Source: an uncultured virus (IMG/VR IMGVR_UViG_3300042505_000848)
Lineage: Duplodnaviria > Heunggongvirae > Uroviricota > Caudoviricetes
Strand: one strand, 5' to 3'
Virus record (IMG/VR): IMGVR_UViG_3300042505_000848
Length of the DNA stretch: 64,000 nucleotides
Positions within the stretch are counted from its first letter, which is position 1. Every line of letters begins with the position of its first letter. Shown piece by piece: positions 57,549 to 64,000 of this stretch. Under the pieces are notes generated by a model that searched no databases, was not told the origin of the DNA, and saw only the letters and a list, made by a program, of their open reading frames with translations. A program made the translations under genes and the position numbers.

Positions 57549-58405
57549 TCGATCTACCTTATAAAAACGCAGGACCTATTAATGATCCTGAAGTGATTGA
57601 TTTTCTAAAAAAATGTCTGACAGACGGAGTTTCTTCTTTATATGATGATCAGGTACATAATAATTTTTTATCTAATTATGTGAATTGGATTAAATCGACA
57701 AAAAATAATCAAATCACAGGTATCGATTCTTTCACTAAATTTTGTTTTTCCAATGGAACATCGGAATCTTTTGACAAGTTTTATATGAGAAATAAAAATA
57801 AAAGATTTAGATGTTTCAAAGCAGAATATATCTATCATAGATTGGCCTGGAGAAATAGTTGGCCTGACTGGCAATACATCGAAGATTCACCGTTATCAGA
57901 AAACGATGCTGTGATAATAAGCCTGCCTTTTTCAGATACCGGTGACGAACATTATGGTATGAAAAATATTTTGAATCAATGTGATAAACTAGGAATTCCT
58001 GTCCTAATTGATTGTGCATATTTTGGTGTCTGTAACAATATAATATTTGATTTCAATCACGACTGTATCACTGATGTGGTTTTCAGCCTATCAAAAACTT
58101 TTCCTGTTGCTCATCTTAGAATAGGGATGAGACTAACAAGAACAGATGACGACGATACTTTATTTGTACATAACAAGATAGGATATGTTTCAAGATTATC
58201 GTCTTTTATAGGTAATCAATTAGTTACAAAATTTACTCCTGATCATATCTATAACAAATATCAAAACAAACAGTTTGATCTTTGTAATGATCTTGCTATA
58301 ACACCTAGCAAGTGTGTATTGTTTGGCATTGGGGACGATTCTTGGAATCAATATAATAGAGGCGGCCCAACAAATAGAGTGTGTCTAAATTCACACCTTA
58401 CTTAA
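57545..58405 (+). CDS. PLP-dependent fold-type I enzyme (aminotransferase/decarboxylase-like)
   Basis: GTSESF, VLIDCAYFG (Asp binding PLP), FSLSKTF (Schiff-base Lys), RIG. Confidence 0.78.
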   Translation: MIDLPYKNAGPINDPEVIDFLKKCLTDGVSSLYDDQVHNNFLSNYVNWIKSTKNNQITGIDSFTKFCFSNGTSESFDKFYMRNKNKRFRCFKAEYIYHRLAWRNSWPDWQYIEDSPLSENDAVIISLPFSDTGDEHYGMKNILNQCDKLGIPVLIDCAYFGVCNNIIFDFNHDCITDVVFSLSKTFPVAHLRIGMRLTRTDDDDTLFVHNKIGYVSRLSSFIGNQLVTKFTPDHIYNKYQNKQFDLCNDLAITPSKCVLFGIGDDSWNQYNRGGPTNRVCLNSHLT

Positions 58406-58417
58406 GATACGTATATT

Positions 58418-59584
58418 ATGAAAAAAGGCAAGATTATAAATTTTGAGTTGTTATGGGATATACAAGATGATCCCTGGCCGATCAAACTAAAAATAATATC
58501 TAAAGAAATGGAGGAAGCCGCCAGTAGAGGTTTTAATTTAATTATTGGAATAATGTTAGTGGAAGGCATAAGACCAATAGATACCCCAGAATTTCTTTCG
58601 TTTATGCATTCTCTCGAATCTCGAAGAAAAGAAATAGGCATCGATGAAATTATACTAGTAACCGGTTCTTCGGAAAATTTTAAAAATATTACTGTGCCCT
58701 ACAAATTATATCACTGCAATGTAAACTCTATCATTGCATATAATAGTTACAAAAATCTTTTAACACATCTTCCCACTTACCAACAACACAATAAAAAATT
58801 CTTATTTCTAACTGGAATAGCAACCCGACCAAATAGAATAGGTCTATTGAGTAAATTTTATGATAACAAATTATTAGATAATGCTGTTTGGTCATTTTTT
58901 TACCCAGCCACACCGGGTGATAGACAATGGTGTCGAGATTATCTCGATCACTATGATGATTCGGAATTTGAAAAATTTATTACCGATTGCCAGCGATCAG
59001 TTGACAATAGATATACTGAATACAACAAATTTCAAAGAGATGATTTCCAAAATCAAACAGACATAAATTGGCTAGACATAAGACACACAGAATTTTGTAA
59101 AAATGAAACCTTTATGGATTCTAAAATATTTCAAGACACAGCTTTTAGTATAATAAGTGAAAGCACAAACTATTGGGATAGAAATTTTGATTTTGTTACA
59201 GAAAAAACCTGGAGAACAGTCTTACATAGCCATCCTTTTATATTTGCAGGTGACCCAGATCAATTTGTATATTTGAAAAACTTAGGACTTAGAACTTTTG
59301 AAAATTATATGAAAATTAAAAATTATGCATATATCGAAGATGAAAATCTAAGATTAGATGCCATAGTAGAAAATACTAAAGATTTTTTAATTAACCATTC
59401 GAAATATTCTGAAAATATACAAAAAGACGTTCAGTATAATTTTTCCTTATTTTTAAATACAGTCGATGACGAATTAAAAAAACTTAAAAATTTAATGGCA
59501 GCGTATGGCGTTGATACGCTGGATGTCGATTATTACTTTGACCGTACAGGATTTGATCATTTGATAAGGATTCCAAATGGATAA
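58418..59584 (+). CDS. Hypothetical protein, glycosyltransferase-like C-terminus
   Basis: FLFLTG..RPNR, FSIISES...VTEKTWR...HPFI...LGLRTF; TEK motif as in GT10/GT-B-like families. Confidence 0.55.
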   Translation: MKKGKIINFELLWDIQDDPWPIKLKIISKEMEEAASRGFNLIIGIMLVEGIRPIDTPEFLSFMHSLESRRKEIGIDEIILVTGSSENFKNITVPYKLYHCNVNSIIAYNSYKNLLTHLPTYQQHNKKFLFLTGIATRPNRIGLLSKFYDNKLLDNAVWSFFYPATPGDRQWCRDYLDHYDDSEFEKFITDCQRSVDNRYTEYNKFQRDDFQNQTDINWLDIRHTEFCKNETFMDSKIFQDTAFSIISESTNYWDRNFDFVTEKTWRTVLHSHPFIFAGDPDQFVYLKNLGLRTFENYMKIKNYAYIEDENLRLDAIVENTKDFLINHSKYSENIQKDVQYNFSLFLNTVDDELKKLKNLMAAYGVDTLDVDYYFDRTGFDHLIRIPNG

Positions 59585-60758
59585 AGGTGCAATAATCAAT
59601 TTTGAATGGTTGCGAGACTGCAATTACTATGCGGAAGATGAATTCAAAAATCTAAAATTACAACTGATAGAAAAAGAAATTCAAAAAGCAAGTAAAGATG
59701 GATGCAATGTAATTGTCGGAATTTATCTCATGGATGGGTTCTTGCCCTATAGTAAAGAACAATTTTCATTGGAAATGAGAGAAATACAAGATATTTTAGA
59801 AAAATATAATATTAAAAAGATATTAATTATATCCGGGCACGGTGAAACAATAGGGGATATAGGATTGCCTTATTGTTATTTTGATTACACTTTAAGAATG
59901 ACTTATAACGGATATAGAGACATTTTTTCCGAGATACCGAAATATGAAAGTAAAAAAAATAAAAATTTTTTATTGTTAGGAGGAAATTCTGCCAGACCTA
60001 ACCGAATTGGTTTATTCAGTAAATTTTACGAAGAAAAAATGTTTAACAGAGGTGTATGGACTTTTTTCCCTCCAGATACAGAGAGTGACAAAAAATATTG
60101 TAGAAATTATCTTTCTCATTGGAGTGATAATCAATATCAAGAATTTTTAGATTTCTGTCACCGATCTCTAGATGACAAATATTCAAATGCATCGTGTTAT
60201 TTGGGAGATCAAAATAATCAAAAAGAAGATAAAATTTTTTACGATTTAGTCAATGAGGAATGGACTAAAAATATGGTTTATTTAGATCCGTTGATTTTTT
60301 CTGAAACAAGTTTTAGTGTGATTACAGAAGGTCCAAATCATTGGAGAGATAACCATTATTTTGTTACAGAAAAAACCTGGAGAACGATTCTTCATCAACA
60401 TCCTTTTATCTTGGTAGGACACTCGGAACAACTTTTATATTTAGAAAAATTGGGATTTAAAACTTTTTTAAATTACATGAAAGTACCCGACTACGCCTGG
60501 ATACAATCAGACGAGGAAAAATTTCAAGCGGTTGTAGAAAATACCAAACATTTTTTAGACATTCAAGATGAATTTAATGATCAAATAAAGAGGGACGTCA
60601 TACATAATTATAATCTCCTTTTAGAAAAAATCAAAGATCAAGAAATATTTTTTAATTTTTTAAAAACTGAATATTATGTTTCGACAGAAGATATAGAGTA
60701 TTATCTTGATCGAAAAGGTTATGATCAACTTATAAGGAATCCTGCCAATGGAATCTAA
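59577..60758 (+). CDS. Tandem paralog of 58418-59584
   Basis: Colinear similarity (IINFE, RPNRIGL.SKFY, CR.YL.H, VTEKTWR). Confidence 0.55.
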   Translation: MDKGAIINFEWLRDCNYYAEDEFKNLKLQLIEKEIQKASKDGCNVIVGIYLMDGFLPYSKEQFSLEMREIQDILEKYNIKKILIISGHGETIGDIGLPYCYFDYTLRMTYNGYRDIFSEIPKYESKKNKNFLLLGGNSARPNRIGLFSKFYEEKMFNRGVWTFFPPDTESDKKYCRNYLSHWSDNQYQEFLDFCHRSLDDKYSNASCYLGDQNNQKEDKIFYDLVNEEWTKNMVYLDPLIFSETSFSVITEGPNHWRDNHYFVTEKTWRTILHQHPFILVGHSEQLLYLEKLGFKTFLNYMKVPDYAWIQSDEEKFQAVVENTKHFLDIQDEFNDQIKRDVIHNYNLLLEKIKDQEIFFNFLKTEYYVSTEDIEYYLDRKGYDQLIRNPANGI

Positions 60759-61674
60759 ATGTGCAGCTTTCTGGCACCATACCAATATTCGCAGCGATGA
60801 CAGGATTTTTCCTTGTTGTAGATTTAAAAATCCTATTGCTAAATTTGATGGGAATATTTCACAGGTATTATTTTTAAAAGAATATGATGAACTAAGAAAA
60901 CAAAGTATTGATAACATACCCATCAAAGGTTGTGAAAAATGTTATCACGAAGAGAAGATAGGAAAAAAAAGCCTTAGACAAGAGTTCAATGAGATTTACG
61001 ATTTTGAAACAATTTCTATGGAATATTTAGAAATAGGCTTCGACAATATCTGTAATTTAACCTGTGATGGGTGTTATGAAGAATTCAGCTCTGCTTGGGG
61101 TAAATTAAAATATCCCAGAGCGGAAAAAACGATACACATTAAATCTACTCAAGAAATCATCGAACTTCCCAATTCGTTAAAGAAAGTTTTGTTTTTGGGA
61201 GGTGAACCATTGATGACTAATCGACATCAAAAATTTCTAAATATTGTAAAAGATAAATCTAACGTAGAAATTGTATATAACACTAATGGTACTTTTTTAC
61301 TAGATAAAAATACAATAGATCTTCTCGAACAATTTAAAACAGTTTTGTTTATTGTCAGTATAGATGGTTTTAAAGATTTAAATGAACAGGTTCGAGGCGG
61401 AAGTAAATGGGGACAAATTGTTGAATTTATTCGGCAGATTAAAACAACAAAATTTAATCTTTCCGTAAATACAGTTGTACATACTAATAATTGGTTTGGA
61501 TTGAAAGAATTAGAACAATACATAGAAGAAATAAATGTGCCTTGGACAATAAATTTTGTAACATATCCTACGCATTTAGACCTTATCAATGTTAAAGAAA
61601 AACACGATCTTATTAACTTATTGAAATCAATAAAGACTGTAAATCTTGAATATATTATAAATCATGTTAATTGA
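60748..61674 (+). CDS. Radical SAM protein with an N-terminal twitch/SPASM-like domain
   Basis: KCAAFW...PCC...CEKC, then CNLTCDGC, LGGEPL, NTNG, SIDG. Confidence 0.92.
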   Translation: MESKCAAFWHHTNIRSDDRIFPCCRFKNPIAKFDGNISQVLFLKEYDELRKQSIDNIPIKGCEKCYHEEKIGKKSLRQEFNEIYDFETISMEYLEIGFDNICNLTCDGCYEEFSSAWGKLKYPRAEKTIHIKSTQEIIELPNSLKKVLFLGGEPLMTNRHQKFLNIVKDKSNVEIVYNTNGTFLLDKNTIDLLEQFKTVLFIVSIDGFKDLNEQVRGGSKWGQIVEFIRQIKTTKFNLSVNTVVHTNNWFGLKELEQYIEEINVPWTINFVTYPTHLDLINVKEKHDLINLLKSIKTVNLEYIINHVN

Positions 61675-61777
61675 AATAGAACGATACACCGATTTTAGAA
61701 ATCTTGAAGATTTGCACAAAACTGCACAAACCCTTATATCTAATACCAATTATGAGAATTGATAAGGATTTTATTAA

Positions 61778-62371
61778 ATGAAAAAAGCAATATCGCAAGA
61801 TTGTTATACTGCACCACAGATGATTACGGAATGCGTAAAAATTTTTAAGGATGAGATGAAAAATTTTCAGAACATCAGTGAGCATTTAATAAATGTTTTA
61901 GATTTTGATGATTCTCCCGACCTTACTGAAATCCTACCAAGAGATAGAACTAATATCTCAATATATGTTATTTTTTTATACGATCACTCACATATTACTA
62001 CAGATGAAATACAAAGAAAATTTCCCAAAACTAGAGAATATGTTCAAACCATGCCCGGAGTTAGTACGTTAAAATGTATAGCTATAGGCCCGAATTCTAT
62101 AGTTCCGTTGCATCTAGATGATATGAGTCGAGCACCTTACGATTTAAACAACTGGTATAGTGTATTCACCGGAGTAACTGTTCCTAGTGAGAGTGCAGAT
62201 TTAATTGGTGTCAAGGTAGATAATGATATATACAATCATGCCGAAGCGGAATCTATTGTTTTTGATACACAGATTCCACACTGCGCCTGGAATAACACTG
62301 ATCAATGGTGGATCAGTTTAAGATTTAGCACAAATAAAGAAAATTTTCAAAATGTTAATATCGTCAAATAA
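61778..62371 (+). CDS. Fe(II)/2OG oxygenase (AspH-like)
   Basis: IGPNSIVPLHLD...FD...PHCAWN; TAAGGA SD. Confidence 0.78.
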   Translation: MKKAISQDCYTAPQMITECVKIFKDEMKNFQNISEHLINVLDFDDSPDLTEILPRDRTNISIYVIFLYDHSHITTDEIQRKFPKTREYVQTMPGVSTLKCIAIGPNSIVPLHLDDMSRAPYDLNNWYSVFTGVTVPSESADLIGVKVDNDIYNHAEAESIVFDTQIPHCAWNNTDQWWISLRFSTNKENFQNVNIVK

Positions 62372-63413
62372 TCATTGGGACCAATTAGAAGAAATAGTTG
62401 TTGGGATAGCAACCAACGCTAGAGTTCCGACTGTAGATGTAAGTACCATGAATATGTGTTATAGTAATTATTCTGTGGATCAAATAAAAAATCTAGAGGG
62501 ACAATATCCTCAATGGTTAATAGATGAAGCCAATGAAGATATGCAAGTATTATCGGATACACTTTCTTCTCTTGGAATCAAAGTTCATCGGCCAAAAATA
62601 ATTGATCATAGTAAAAAATTCAGCACTCCGGAATGGCAAACCACAGGATGGTATACTTGGTGTCCAAGAGACTTGTTGTTACCTCTCAATAATTTAATGA
62701 TAGAAACCCCAAGTCCTTGTAGGGCCAGATATTTTGAAACTCGTGCGTATCACGATATCATGATAGAAGCAGTAAATGATGGAGTCGAATGGATCGCTGC
62801 TCCAAAGCCTATATTGTCAGATGACAGCTATCAGTTTATAGATATAAAAGAAAAACCAAGTCTTCTTAATTTAGAACCAGTTTTTGATGCTCCTAATTGT
62901 ATACGATTAGGCAAAGACATTCTTTTTCAAATTAGCAATACTGGAAATCATCTAGGAATGAAATGGTTAAAAAATGTATTAGAAAGAAGAGGATACAGAG
63001 TTCACGCAGCGGAGCATATATACAGCTTCGCTCACATGGACAGCACCATAATTCCGTTAAGACCTGGATTGGTTTTATTGAATAGCACTAGAGTTACTCC
63101 AGAAAACTGTCCTAAATTATTCGATAAGTGGGATAAAATTTATTTCCAAGATGTAGCCCAGACCGCTGTCCCAACGAGCGGCCCTGGCTCAGTGAGTCCC
63201 TGCAGCCCTTATATAGGAATGAACATATTAAGTGTAAATCCCAATACTGTGATAGTAGGAAAAGACCAAATATCTCTAATAAAAGTTTTAGAATCAAAAG
63301 GGTTTACTGTAATTCCAATGCCTATGAGACACGCTCGAACACTCAGTGGAGGATTTCATTGTGCCACATTAGACCTTAGAAGAAAAGGTTCCTTAGAGGA
63401 TTACTTTCAATGA
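62352..63413 (+). CDS. Amidinotransferase (glycine / inosamine-phosphate amidinotransferase family)
   Basis: N.WDQLEEIVVG, CPRD, FDAPN, HMDST, LSGGFHCATLD: the Cys-His-Asp triad is present. Confidence 0.9.
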   Translation: MLISSNNHWDQLEEIVVGIATNARVPTVDVSTMNMCYSNYSVDQIKNLEGQYPQWLIDEANEDMQVLSDTLSSLGIKVHRPKIIDHSKKFSTPEWQTTGWYTWCPRDLLLPLNNLMIETPSPCRARYFETRAYHDIMIEAVNDGVEWIAAPKPILSDDSYQFIDIKEKPSLLNLEPVFDAPNCIRLGKDILFQISNTGNHLGMKWLKNVLERRGYRVHAAEHIYSFAHMDSTIIPLRPGLVLLNSTRVTPENCPKLFDKWDKIYFQDVAQTAVPTSGPGSVSPCSPYIGMNILSVNPNTVIVGKDQISLIKVLESKGFTVIPMPMRHARTLSGGFHCATLDLRRKGSLEDYFQ

Positions 63414-63892
63414 AAGGATATCATGGACAAATAGAAGATTTTTGGTCTGACTATTTACAAAATTTTGTTTATAAGCAACAAATACCTTACTCAGGAATGA
63501 GAGAATCTTGGCACGAAAATTTTGGTAATGGGCATCTCTTGCAGAGTTTTGATGATCAGTTACCACCAATATGGAAAAACTTTCAGTCTTCTCTAAGTGT
63601 ATCTAACGGTACTGTGGGTTGGATCAACATTCGACCTAACCAAATCATTGCACCACATTTTGATCATTTTTATACTTTAAAACAAAAATTAGGAACCACT
63701 ATCGAACATTGTGTAAGATATTTAATATTTTTAGAAGATTGGAAATTTGGTCAGTATATAGAATTTGAAGATCTTTCTATTAGAAAATGGAAAAAAGGTG
63801 ACGTTTGGTATTTCGATCATACTGAAGAGCATTGGGCCGTCAATGCAAGTAACTTTGATTTTCACACTTGTCAGGTCAACACAATAAAATGA
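63410..63892 (+). CDS. Fe(II)/2OG oxygenase-like cupin
   Basis: IRPNQIIAPHFD...RYLIFLEDW..GQ...EHWAVN. Confidence 0.75.
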   Translation: MKGYHGQIEDFWSDYLQNFVYKQQIPYSGMRESWHENFGNGHLLQSFDDQLPPIWKNFQSSLSVSNGTVGWINIRPNQIIAPHFDHFYTLKQKLGTTIEHCVRYLIFLEDWKFGQYIEFEDLSIRKWKKGDVWYFDHTEEHWAVNASNFDFHTCQVNTIK

Positions 63893-64000
63893 AATCCATA
63901 TACTTTTTTCAATGTAATTATTCCGCTAAATTTGGCGAAAAAACGCAGTACTGGCTTCCGTATTCAGTTGGGTGTCTTTGGGCGTATGCTCAACAGTTTG
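63889..64000 (+). CDS. 5' fragment of a probable cobalamin-dependent radical SAM protein
   Basis: Hand translation MKSIYFFQCNYSAKFGEKTQYWLPYSVGCLWAYAQQF; P.SVG.L.AY resembles the start of a B12-binding domain; ATGA overlap; truncated by the window edge. Confidence 0.5.
   Translation, partial: MKSIYFFQCNYSAKFGEKTQYWLPYSVGCLWAYAQQF

Noticed and set aside
33329..61674. Naming individual radical SAM genes as moaA, queE, nrdG or pqqE
   Set aside because: Only the generic CxxxCxxC and GGEP motifs are shared; family-specific motifs and pathway partners are absent.
1..64000. Alternative genetic code / stop-codon reassignment
   Set aside because: Recognisable genes are full length in the standard code and tile the window with very small gaps.
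1..64000. CRISPR array, IS element, integrase, intron or intein
   Set aside because: No regularly spaced repeats and no transposase, integrase or homing-endonuclease motifs seen; thyX and other conserved genes are uninterrupted.

Overview
The window is a 64 kb, very gene-dense segment of a large tailed bacteriophage, most likely a T4-like myovirus of a Gram-negative (proteobacterial) host. It uses the standard genetic code and has three blocks. (1) 1-19.4 kb, minus strand: large virion/tail-fibre genes, including an Mtd-N-terminal fibre with beta-propellers, baseplate-type N-termini, YadA-like repeats and a C-terminal intramolecular chaperone. (2) 19.5-33.3 kb: auxiliary and housekeeping genes (iscA, iscU, Fe/Mn SOD, uvsE, kdsA, queD, thyX, Hc1-like protein, hypotheticals). 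This block also has near-consensus sigma70 promoters, a preQ1-I-like riboswitch candidate in front of queD and a 109-nt tRNA-like RNA with an oversized anticodon domain. (3) 33.3-64 kb, still open at the right edge: an increasingly AT-rich island of tailoring enzymes. It encodes 12 complete radical SAM proteins plus the start of a probable B12-dependent one, 9 Fe(II)/2-oxoglutarate-type oxygenases, an amidinotransferase, a PLP enzyme, a QueC-like PP-loop protein, SDRs/epimerase, a methyltransferase, two kinase-like paralogs and a cold-shock-domain/glutathione-peroxidase fusion. All seven operons of the island start just behind a TAA(A/G/T)TA motif, usually 4-5 nt before the ATG and without a Shine-Dalgarno sequence. 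I infer a late-expressed, largely leaderless phage modification pathway, supported by phage-encoded Fe-S assembly and antioxidant genes. Its substrate cannot be read from the sequence. All functional calls come from motifs recognised by eye; no database search was run.
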